Assembly (NCBI RefSeq): GCF_001194135.2
Contig: NC_068983.1
Span: 123,198,303 to 123,238,248 of the forward strand
Direction: 5' to 3'
DNA length: 39,946 nucleotides
DNA from: Octopus bimaculoides
Lineage: Eukaryota
The notes below the pieces were generated by a model, which saw only the letters and a list, made by a program, of their open reading frames with translations, had not been told where the DNA came from and ran no database searches. This document shows, piece by piece, positions 26,200-38,641 of the stretch (the first letter of the stretch is position 1; every line of letters begins with the position of its first letter). A program made the translations under genes and the position numbers.

Positions 26200-29100
26200 T
26201 TGAAAGTGAATAGTTACTGTGGTAGAACAGTACATAACAGTGGAAAGTTGATAAAAGATTTGTACCTGGTAAGATTTAAATGTATATCTCTTTTCTTTAA
26301 ACTAGTGAGTCAACAAATAATATCCATTAACACTTTTATACAACTACACAGTAAGTCTGAATCTTGTATATGTATATTAATACATTTGTTTGTTTTGATA
26401 TTGCAATAGATTCAGTATTTTCTTTGTTATTTTGGCCTTAAAGCAACAAAACCTAAGGCTAAGCTTCACGGTTAGTGGTCACAGTTGTGGTGCAGTTGGA
26501 CATATAGATGCGATCTGTGAAACTTAACACCTATTTTGACTAGATATACAGTATTGAACTAAGCACAAACAGCCAGTGAGACATCAATTTTATAACAGTC
26601 AACGATCCCACCTTATTGAAAGACAATTTCACATTATTGAGGAGTTGCATTCTGAAAGCTTTACCATAATATGGAATTCTGTAATGCAAAAACCTATTTT
26701 CACATTGACTTCCATTGTTATAATTGAGATGTGTCCTATGGATTTTTTCAGGAAAAGTACAAGTAATACAACCACATGACAATTTTTAAACACATGCAAT
26801 ACAATATAAATAGAAGGCATTTGAAGAGAAATACAAATAAATAGCGAGATCATTGCCGGTGCCCCTGGACTGGCTCTTGTGCGGGTGGCACATAAAATAC
26901 ACCATTTTGAGCGTGGCCGTTGCCAGTACCTCCTGACTGGCCTTCGTGCCGGTGGCACGTAAAAGCACCCTCTACACTCTGAGTGGTTGGCGTTAGGAAG
27001 GGCATCCAGCTGTAGAAACTCTGCCAAATCAGATTGGAGCCTGGTGTTGCCATCCGGTTTCACCAGTCCTCAGTCAAATCGTCCAACCCATGCTAGCATG
27101 GAAAGCGGACATTAAAAGATGATGATGATACACTTTATAGCTTTTACTTGAATGACTACCAGAAACAGGTGTGCTGCCACAAAGAAAATATATGGTTGCC
27201 CAACCTGAGGGAAGTGCAGGAAAAAGAGAGAGAGAGCGTGTGAGAGACTGCAGGATGGAGATGGTGACAACATGCTGGGCATATTCACAAGGAACAGGGA
27301 TCAGAATATAAATGAGATGGTTGAGTAAAGGGAGAGAGCGATATAGATAGTGGCAAGTGCCAGGGCATACCCTTGAGGTTCAAATGCCATAATATAAGTG
27401 ACAGGATATTGCGAAGTGGAGAAAGACTTGGGTATATATAGAGTTGGAGGGGCTACCGAGTAGCAATGATACAGAGGAAAAGGGGTGTGAGGACAGGATT
27501 GAGGAGTGAGAGCTAGATTTAGTGAACAAAGGAGGAAATGCGAAAAAGAGAAGAAATGTAGATTGGTTTGTTGGGGTAGGATGAGGGAAAAGTTTTCTTA
27601 TGTGTGGGTGGAACACCCAGGTTGGGGTCTAGCAGATGGCAATAATAGAGTGAGACAAGGCATGTGGATATAATGCACAGGTCAGAAGCAAGCAGAAAGC
27701 AATGATACAGTGGCACTGGGCCAAGAGGGCAAGATTAGGGAGTGTGAGGTAATCATAGTACATGAAGTGGAAATGTGAAGAAGAGAAGGGATGTAGAGAT
27801 GTTTAGTTCATTGTGGTAGAGTGTGTGAGAAGTTTTCTTGTTGAATGTGGGTGGGACACACAGTGCTTCCAGAACTCAGTTTTGCTGATGTGGGCGAGTC
27901 TTCTCAAGAACTTCATATCGCCAGACATCTCACTCCATGATCATTTCCTTTGTGAGGTCCAACTTCCTGAAATCAGTCCTTACCACTTCATCCCATGTCT
28001 TTCTGGGTTTCCCTCTTCCACAGGTACCATCCACTTTCAGTGATCGGCACTTCTTTATGCAGCTGTCCTCATTCATAAGTATCACATGTCCAAACCAACA
28101 TAGTCTTCTCTCTTGCATGCTACAGTTGATTCCTCTTATGCCCAACTTTTCTCTCAGTACATTTGCACTTTGTCGTATATGTGCACTGATGTTGCACACC
28201 CAACAGAGCATACTACCTTCGTTTCTCTCCAGTCTATGCATGTCTTCAGCATTCAGATCCCATGTCTCACTACCATGGAGAATAGCCATTCATACACAAG
28301 CATCATATAGTCTACTTCTCATTCTGAGAGAGAGAAGCCTTTTGTTGCCAACAGAGGTAAAAGCTCTCTAAACTTCCTCCACTCAATTCTTATTCTAGAA
28401 ACAATACTTTCAGAGTATTCTCCACCATTGCTAATTTGGTCACGTAGGTAACAGAAACTATCTACAACCTCAAGAGAGCCTCCTAGGCATTTGAGAGAAT
28501 CTAATTCCTGTGTGCTCTTAGTGCTTATTGTTCCTGAACATCTGCCACATACAAAGACAACTCTATCTGTTAATCTACCTGTATTACCATTGCATCTCTT
28601 ATGCATCGATAGTTTACACTGGGTGCAGCAGATAGAATTTCTTCCAACTCCTTTCCTACATATGNNNNNNNNNNNNNNNNNNNNNNNNNNNNNNNNNNNN
28701 NNNNNNNNNNNNNNNNNNNNNNTAGGTAACAGAAACTATCTACAACCTCAAGAGAGCCTCCTAGGCATTTGAGAGAATCTAATTCCTGTGTGCTCTTAGT
28801 GCTTATTGTTCCTGAACATCTGCCACATACAAAGACAACTCTATCTGTTAATCTACCTGTATTACCATTGCATCTCTTATGCATCGATAGTTTACACTGG
28901 GTGCAGCAGATAGAATTTCTTCCAACTCCTTTCCTACATATGGAGTAGGGCCATTTACCTGATGGAAAGAAAGTTTTATCTTCTTACTAACAACCATTTT
29001 TGTCTTAGCTAGGTTAACTTTAAGGCACTTTGATTCCAGGTTTTGTTTCCATACCTGGAATTTCTTCTCCAATTCTGCTAAAAATTTTGCAATAAGAGCA

Positions 29101-30483
29101 AGGTCATCAGTATATTGTAGTTCCCACAGGCACCCAGTTTTGAATTCCTCTGTTATGGCCTGGAGGACTATAATGAATAAGAATGGGCTGAGAACTGAGT
29201 GCTGGTGAACCCCTACCTGAACGCTAAGCTCATCACTGTATTCATGGCCAACTCTCACCTTACTGACAGCACCACTGTACATGGCTTGGACAGCTCTAAC
29301 AAGCCATTCCTCTACCCTTAACTTCCTTTGAGACCACCATATAAAAGAGCGGAGAACCCTGTTGAAAGCTTTCTCCAGGTTGATGAAGGCTAAGTACAAT
29401 GGCTTACTTTTGGCCAAGAACTTTTTCTGCAGCTGTCTCACTTGGAAGATGGCATCTGTGGTACTCTTCCCAAGCACAAAGCCAAACTGTATCTCATTTA
29501 GTTTANNNNNNNNNNNNNNNNNNNNNNNNNNNNNNNNNNNNNNNNNNNNNNNNNNNNNNNNNNNNNNNNNNNNNNNNNNNNNNNNNNNNNNNNNNNNNNN
29601 NNNNNNNNNNNNNNNNNNNNNNNNNNNNNNNNNNNNNNNNNNNNNNNNNNNNNNNNNNNNNNNNNNNNNNNNNNNNNNNNNNNNNNNNNNNNNNNNNNNN
29701 NNNNNNNNNNNNNNNNNNNNNNNNNNNNNNNNNNNNNNNNNNNNNNNNNNNNNNNNNNNNNNNNNNNNNNNNNNNNNNNNNNNNNNNNNNNNNNNNNNNN
29801 NNNNNNNNNNNNNNNNNNNNNNNNNNNNNNNNNNNNNNNNNNNNNNNNNNNNNNNNNNNNNNNNNNNNNNNNNNNNNNNNNNNNNNNNNNNNNNNNNNNN
29901 NNNNNNNNNNNNNNNNNNNNNNNNNNNNNNNNNNNNNNNNNNNNNNNNNNNNNNNNNNNNNNNNNNNNNNNNNNNNNNNNNNNNNNNNNNNNNNNNNNNN
30001 NNNNNNNNNNNNNNNNNNNNNNNNNNNNNNNNNNNNNNNNNNNNNNNNNNNNNNNNNNNNNNNNNNNNNNNNNNNNNNNNNNNNNNNNNNNNNNNNNNNN
30101 NNNNNNNNNNNNNNNNNNNNNNNNNNNNNNNNNNNNNNNNNNNNNNNNNNNNNNNNNNNNNNNNNNNNNNNNNNNNNNNNNNNNNNNNNNNNNNNNNNNN
30201 NNNNNNNNNNNNNNNNNNNNNNNNNNNNNNNNNNNNNNNNNNNNNNNNNNNNNNNNNNNNNNNNNNNNNNNNNNNNNNNNNNNNNNNNNNTTGTGCTTTT
30301 AATTATTAATTTTTCTATATGTGATAGTGGATTTTCATCGATGAGTTCTTGAAAATTGGTTATTTTCCCTAAAACTATATATATTTTATATATACTTTAT
30401 CTATAAGGCTCAATTTAATTTTAATTTTTTATAAATTGATTTTAATTGAGTTTTTTACCTGTAATTTTGGATTTTGTCCCTAA

Positions 30484-30514
<31 letters not shown>

Positions 30515-32062
30515 TAGATAAAAAGAGATAACAAAGCCAGTTGTGAGGAGTTTTCAGGACATTTATAAGGAAATAGCTACATAAGAAAATAGATATAGAC
30601 ATTCTAATCATGCACATCCGTCTCCTCCCTCCTATCTATCCATAAATACTACCAATACATTCTCAAATTTTTATTCACACCACAAAACCCTTTCGAATGA
30701 GCAACACAGAATCCACAGCTCCATACTTTGAAATGACTAAATATGGGGAAGTGAAATCGAAATCGAAAATTGAACCAAATTCGTTGACTGGCACCCATGC
30801 CAACCTTCCTTCATTGGACACTAAACTCAGCTTGCGAAGACCTGTTGGGGCAAGTGAGATTGGGACTGAACCAAATTCGATGACTAGCACTTGTGCCAGT
30901 GGAGCGCTAACAGCACCATCCGAGCGGGATCACTGCCAGAGCAGCGGTCTCGCTTCCGTGCCGGTGGCACATAAAAAGCACCATTTGAGCTCGATCGTTT
31001 CCAGCTTTGCCTTACCGGCACTTGTGCTGGTAGCATGTGAACAAAACATTGGCTGACTCCTGTGCAGGTGGCACGTAAAAAACACCACTTGAGCATGGCC
31101 GTTGCCAGTACCACTTGACTAGCCTTCGTGCCGGTGGTACCTAAAAGCACCCACTACATTCGTGGAGTGGTTGGCGGTAGAAAGAGCATCCAGTTGTAGA
31201 CACTCTGCCAAATCAGATTGGAGTCTTGTGTAGCCATCTGGTTTACCAGTCCCCAGTCAAATCGTCCAACCCATGCTAGCATGGAAAGCGGATGTAACAT
31301 AGTGGTTCAGCAAAAGTAACTGATAGAATAAGTACTGGGCTTTTTTTTTTTCAAGTCATGGAGTCAATTTGTCCAACTAAAACCCTTCAAGGTGCTGCTC
31401 CAGCATGACCACAGTCAAAATGGCCTGAAGCAAGTAAAAGAATAAAAGAATATATATAGCAACAAAAAAATATCTCATATAACGTCACAATACCTTTTGA
31501 CACTAGTTCTCAACAGCTTCTTTCTGTGAGGCTATTATTAGCAATTCAATTTCTCATTTTGTGTTTTTAAATATATTGATATATATTTATATGTGTGTGT
31601 ATGTATATATATATATATATATATATACATACATACATACAAAGAAATCACAAAGGAGTGTTGGAAGGGTTTATAAAAACCATTGATAGCGACACTGTTG
31701 AAAACAACATACTCCACGCCCAATTGAATAGGTACAGAATTTTCAAACATTAATCTTATGTTGTTTACTTTCAGTTTGTCAGTAGAATACATATATATTA
31801 ATACATATATTACATATACAATGTATGCTGTATATAACACACTATATATAAGGTGGTCCAAAAATAGGTTTACAGTCATCATGTAGGCATTTTAAATTTC
31901 TTTTAAAACATTTTATTACATTTCAATTTCTATCTTATAATTAACTAAATTCGCATAGAATAATGGTTTCTTATTTTTTTTTATAATTAAGATCTAGACT
32001 GTTAATATATGAATGCGAAAGAGATATTTGAATAACTGTAAAGCTACTCTTGGGCCACCCTC

Positions 32063-32119
<57 letters not shown>

Positions 32120-35100
32120 GGTGGCCCAAGAGTAGCTTAACCTGTTGAAAGCCACTGACCAGATTTGTGGGTGGTGTAAGGTCCCCTCCCGACCCAGAGT
32201 AACGTGGTGGTGGAACAAGGAGGTAGACAGGGCTATTAGACAAAAGAAACAGGCTTGGAAGGACTGGAAGAATGGTGGTAGCAGGGAATTGTACCAATGT
32301 GCCAGAAGGGAGGCTAGGCGACAGGTTTATTTAGCCAGAGGGGAAGCAGATAAGAAAAGATTTACCANNNNNNNNNNNNNNNNNNNNNNNNNNNNNNNNN
32401 NNNNNNNNNNNNNNNNNNNNNNNNNNNNNNNNNNNNNNNNNNNNNNNNNNNNNNNNNNNNNNNNNNNNNNNNNNNNNNNNNNNNNNNNNNNNNNNNNNNN
32501 NNNNNNNNNNNNNNNNNNNNNNNNNNNNNNNNNNNNNNNNNNNNNNNNNNNNNNNNNNNNNNNNNNNNNNNNNNNNNNNNNNNNNNNNNNNNNNNNNNNN
32601 NNNNNNNNNNNNNNNNNNNNNNNNNNNNNNNNNNNNNNNNNNNNNNNNNNNNNNNNNNNNNNNNNNNNNNNNNNNNNNNNNNNNNNNNNNNNNNNNNNNN
32701 NNNNNNNNNNNNNNNNNNNNNNNNNNNNNNNNNNNNNNNNNNNNNNNNNNNNNNNNNNNNNNNNNNNNNNNNNNNNNNNNNNNNNNNNNNNNNNNNNNNN
32801 NNNNNNNNNNNNNNNNNNNNNNNNNNNNNNNNNNNNNNNNNNNNNNNNNNNNNNNNNNNNNNNNNNNNNNNNNNNNNNNNNNNNNNNNNNNNNNNNNNNN
32901 NNNNNNNNNNNNNNNNNNNNNNNNNNNNNNNNNNNNNNNNNNNNNNNNNNNNNNNNNNNNNNNNNNNNNNNNNNNNNNNNNNNNNNNNNNNNNNNNNNNN
33001 NNNNNNNNNNNNNNNNNNNNNNNNNNNNNNNNNNNNNNNNNNNNNNNNNNNNNNNNNNNNNNNNNNNNNNNNNNNNNNNNNNNNNNNNNNNNNNNNNNNN
33101 NNNNNNNNNNNNNNNNNNNNNNNNNNNNNNNNNNNNNNNNNNNNNNNNNNNNNNNNNNNNNNNNNNNNNNNNNNNNNNNNNNNNNNNNNNNNNNNNNNNN
33201 NNNNNNNNNNNNNNNNNNNNNNNNNNNNNNNNNNNNNNNNNNNNNNNNNNNNNNNNNNNNNNNNNNNNNNNNNNNNNNNNNNNNNNNNNNNNNNNNNNNN
33301 NNNNNNNNNNNNNNNNNNNNNNNNNNNNNNNNNNNNNNNNNNNNNNACGATCGTATCCGATTAACTAAAGACTTGTTTTGTTTATGCCTTTCCCTCCGTT
33401 TTTTTGTTCTATGTGTGCCATAAATATTGCCATCCGTTTAGAGAAAAATTTGTAGTTTAGAATCAGTAGTTCTTTGACTGCTATTTCTAAATTTTCAGTA
33501 TGTTGGAGAAGCAACTCAATGCTAATCCCTGTATATTTATGATGATAAATGGTTTTACCGATAAAGGTTTTTTCATACTGAACTACTTGGCAAAATTGTT
33601 AATTATTAATTCTATTATTAATTGACGATTCCCTGCCCTTATTCTTGTGTATATATATATATATTGTAGCTTTGTGTCTATGTTTGTCCCCCACTTCCAC
33701 TTAATAACCGGTGTTGGTGTGTTTACATTCACTAACTTAGTAGTTCAGTAAAAGAGGTCAATAAAAAATAGTACCATGCATAAAAAAGAAAGAATTGGTA
33801 TCAATTTGTTCAATTAAAATTCTTCAAAGCATAACCCATTGTGGTCGCAGTCTGATGACTGAAAAAGATAAAAGACCCACTAAATTTCTTAGTAAAACTT
33901 TAAGCTAAGGGAGATGTTATGACATAGCTATAAACGTCTGGTGTAAAATGGTATTACACAAATAAATAGTTGGTTGTGGTTATCTAAAAATGACCTATCG
34001 CAGAAATATATGTTGACACAGAACGCACTCCATACATAGGTACAATACTCAGTATTCAATGTTCAACTTCTGACTGTTAAACCAACACACATCGAACTAA
34101 CATGGTTAACCAACATGTTCGAAGTAACACCATCAACTACACCCTGACAGTTCACTCTTCTTATTTATTGTAATTGGTTAGTCCACCTTCAGTCACATGG
34201 GGGTGTTCAGGTTTCTCCCATAACAGGAGGTAACTTTTGTTCACCTATCTCAGTAATACTATGGTACTGAAACCTCTCACGGTCGCTTTAACTGCTAGAA
34301 ATGCTTTTAAATCCGATCCTAATGCTGGATATTCAAGAAGCAAATGAAGGGCAGGTTTTCAATCCCGGGATCATCCTGGTTCCAAGAAGGTATAATATGT
34401 CTGTCTAGAGCAAATGTAGACTGAGGTACAGAGACAGTTACACTTTTATTAATATAGATACACACATACATATGCATGTATACACACACATATACACATA
34501 TATGTTTATTTCACTTCCAAATCACACCTGGCATCTTTAAAAAACATGACACATTAGATAAGAAGATTATTACAACTGGAATGTTTCTACTTTTAGATAT
34601 GCTTCAAGTAACAAAATAGGTTCATTTCATACTCAGTATATTGTGATTAAGAATTTCCTTCCTACTTTCAAACCCTTCAACTGAGCATTGTATTTTCTCT
34701 TTCCAGCTTATATTGATGACATGGAAAAACTTTGTTTTAGTATGGCTATTGCATTTCCAAGTATTGTAAGTATCACATTTACCATTTAAACTGAATCTGT
34801 ATGTTTATTTTGGGAATCCATTTTGTTATTTTACAGATTTCCATATTATTCCAAGCATAACATTCATGGCCTATCTCAGCTCATTTGTCTTTTAAGGCAT
34901 AGGATCATTTTGCTTTTAAAAACAAAACTTGCCTCTTTTGAAGGTTTTGCCAGCTCAAGATGATTTTCTAATTTCTTACACTTTGGTTTATTATGGTTGT
35001 CTTCACTAATTGTATTTATGCAGAGTTGAATGCTTTTTGGTATCTTCAAAGCTTTTGCAGAGTGAGAATGTTATATGTATCAATGGTGGAAAAAATTCTT

Positions 35101-36281
35101 TTGTAATTTTATTATCATGATATTTGTGAATAGTTTGCATAAGTTCCCAAAATTATATTATTCAAAGTAGAAAACACAATCAGACAAGTGAAGAGAATAA
35201 GACTCTAGAATACAACATAACATCTGATGTCTTAAAAGATGTAAAGATTGATGCCCAGGACTCAATAGCTTGTAAATATATGCAAAAACTTTGATGTGTA
35301 ATAAGCTTTGCTATATCCAACTTACCTTGGCAGGTGGAAGGACATGACAAGTAAAAATCAACCATAACAGATAAAGACTACTTTCACAGTGTGCTGCCAA
35401 ATTCCTATAATATGTTATCTTTAATTTTTTACTTGTTTCAGTCATTAGACTGCAATCATGCTGGTGAGTGCCTTGAAGAATTTTTAATCAAATGAATCAG
35501 CCCCACTACTTTTTTTTTTAAGCCTGGTACTTATTCTATCAGTCTGTTTTGCCAAACTGCTAAGTTACAGGAATGTAAACACACCAGCACCGGTTGTCAT
35601 GTGGTGGTGGGAAACAAATATATTCACAAAGACACACTCACATAGATATATATATATATATGATGGACTCTCCTATCGGTTTTTATGTATGAGGATTTGA
35701 CAACCTATTCTTTCTTTGTCGTTCACAATATTTATGTCGAATATGGCATTTGAATCCCACCAATGATTTGCAAAGAAGCCCACATGTTGCAAGTATGAGG
35801 ACTACGGGTCAGTGCAGGTGGTATATTTGCAGTTGGTTTTCTCGTTTGCCTTGCACCCCTAAACCAGTTGATGCTGGTTGCAACAGAGTTTCTGAAACCA
35901 TTTTGACATGACAATCTCCATTTTGTTTGCTCCAAGGCTGTTTACTCAAAGGTGTTGTGAGCCAACTTGACTGCTGAGAAGTTCAGCTTGTCCTTACTAC
36001 TCTCTTGTATGGCTCAATATCATGGACACCCTATTGACAGCACATTAACCAACTAGACATCACCACAAAGGCTGTCTCAGGACAATCTGTGGTTATTCAC
36101 TAAAAGACAGAATTTCTAATACCAACCTGCTTAGCCAGTGTAAGATTGGTGGAATCGAGAGCTTCCTTATGCATTTGCAATTGCACTGGGCTGGCCATTG
36201 TGGTCAGAATGAGTGACAGAAGAATACCCAGTTCTTATGTACAGCCAGCTTGAAAGTGGGCACAGGAATGTTGGTTGGCTC

Positions 36282-36325
<44 letters not shown>

Positions 36326-38227
36326 TCAGGCTTCTTTCAGTTTCCATCTACCAAATCCACTCACAAGGTTTTGGTCAGCCTGAGGCTAGAGTAGAAGACA
36401 CTTGCCCAAGCTGCCATGCAGTGGGACTAAACCCAAAACCATGTAGTTGGGAAGCAAGCTTCTTACTACACAGACACATTGCACCTAAAATATATTTTTA
36501 TGATTTTTATATCGGTGGTGAGAGCAATGAACATTGGAGGTTATCATGGTGGTGTTAAATCAATAGTCAAATTTATTGCAGCTGCTCATTAAAACTGGTT
36601 TTGTTGATTTTTGGTATTTTAATGTCTTGTCTGCAACTATATTTTAATTTATTCCCTTTTCATTTTTTCCTTTTTCTTTTTAGTTGAAGGAGGATGTCAC
36701 AGGTCGCTTACCTGTCTATGCACGGCTGATATCTCGAGGTACAGTTGGTGAAGTACGCTCTGATATCAGCTCCCTGGAGCTATTTGCGGTAAGCTAAAGA
36801 ATAGATTTCATCCTTCATTGTATTGTTTGTTTTCTTAATTTGTCTGAGCTTTTTGATGTTCTTTGCATTGAATATGGTAACACTAACTTATTTTAATTTT
36901 TAATTCTGATGACATTGATTAAATTAAAAGCTTTTATTTTAGTTTGTTGGGTTTATCCCTTCATGGCATTCTATATCTCATTATGTCAGTGCTGGCTGGT
37001 TTTCTTTGGTATTAATCATCATCGTCGTTTAACGTCCGTTTTCCATGCTAGCATGGGTTGGACGATTTGACTGAGGACTGGTGAAACCAGATGGCTACAC
37101 CAGGCTCCAATCTGATTTGGCAGAGTTTCTACAGCTGGATGCCCTTCCTAACGCCAACCACTCAGAGAGTGTAGTGGGTGCTTTTACATGTCACCCGCAC
37201 GAAGGCCAGTCAGGCGGTACTGGCAACGGCCATGCTCAAGATGGTGTATTTTATGTGCCACCTGCACAAGAGCCAGTCCAGAGGCACTGGCAAGTGTTTG
37301 AAAAACAAATCTGCTCCTGGTTTGGCTGCCAGTCTCTTACAGATGACATTTCTGCACTTAATACTGTATGCCAATGAATCAGTTATCACTTTTACAGTGA
37401 TGTTGCTCTATAATACTTAACTAATGATACCATCCCAGTGAGAGAACCTCTACATGGCTGCTTAGAATTAGCAGCTAATCTCCCTACAAAACACACTCTG
37501 TTGTCTTTATAATGGAAGGTTATTTTGCTGAGTTAGTAGTGCAAAATTTTCAAAATGTATCATATTCTGTTAGAAAGTAACCTAAAATGAAGATTAAATT
37601 ATATCATATCATCATCAACATTGTTGTCATCATTTAACGTCCATGTTTCATACTGGTTTGGGTTGGACTGTTTGACAGGATCCTATGAATTGAAGGACTG
37701 CGCTGTGACATGGTTTCTATGGTTGGATGCCCTTCCTGATGCCAACCACTTTACAGTATTTACTGAGTGCTTTATTCGTGCCACCAGCAGTAGTGGAGTT
37801 GCATTGCAATATGCAAAACTACAAACTCTGAGGGGGATGGTTTATGCTAGCAAATGAGGGATGCCCTGGTACAAAAATTAAGAAATTTGCAGAAAGGAAT
37901 TAGACATTTTCCTCTCCCCAATACTAGATGAACCAACAGTCCAACATGAGGTACAGACGAGGGCAGTGGAATCAAACTCAGTTATATATCAAATATACCA
38001 ACAGTTGGGAAAATGGCACATACAGGAGTAGTGATGTGAAACACCCAAACTGAGAAAGTTAGGAAGACCATGGAGGTGCTCCAGCATGACCACAGCTGCA
38101 TGGCTGAAATGAAAGAATATATATATATACAAATGATATATATATATTATATATATATAAATAATATATATATATATGTAAATAATATATATATTATATA
38201 ATGTATAATATATATATATATATATAT

Positions 38228-38265
<38 letters not shown>

Positions 38266-38571
38266 TCAAGGTGAATATGGTACTTAAGTTTAAGCACCAC
38301 AATTAATTATGGTATTATCCAAACAATTCCAAAATAAGGTGATTCAAATCAAAATAAGCAACAAGGATATTCAAGGTTAATGCAGTAATGTGTATTGAAG
38401 TAATTTGTTTTCGTATTTCACATTGTTTACTGTTGGAGACGTCCTGTACCCATATATGTATGTGTATATATATCATCATCATCATCATCATCGTTTAACA
38501 TCCGCTTTCCATGCTAGCATGGGTTGGACGATTTGACTGAGGACTGGTGAAACTGGATGGCAACACCAGGC

Positions 38572-38641
<70 letters not shown>

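Larger units (their letters stand above)
5356..33346. other. Eight assembly gaps: 5356-5944, 7215-7314, 11397-11684, 12290-12919, 14336-14651, 28665-28722, 29506-30290, 32368-33346
   Basis: N runs; all lie in introns and most abut repeats. Confidence 0.98.

Noticed and set aside
26629-27063. Recurrent MKPDG...LQLDALPNANHSE ORFs (also 5157 and 37081)
   Set aside because: Antisense readings of the retroposon tail; the similarity comes from repeat copies, not a protein family.
28445-28942. Identical 220-nt direct duplication (28445-28664 and 28723-28942)
   Set aside because: The copies sit exactly on either side of a 58-N gap inside a degenerate LINE; most likely unmerged contig overlap rather than biology.
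30885-31160. CRISPR-like palindromic repeats with spacers
   Set aside because: Eukaryotic intron, degenerate units, uneven spacers, no cas genes, and part of a dispersed retroposon.
5157-33368. Long ORFs in the track filled with X
   Set aside because: They span N gaps and are artefacts of missing stop codons.
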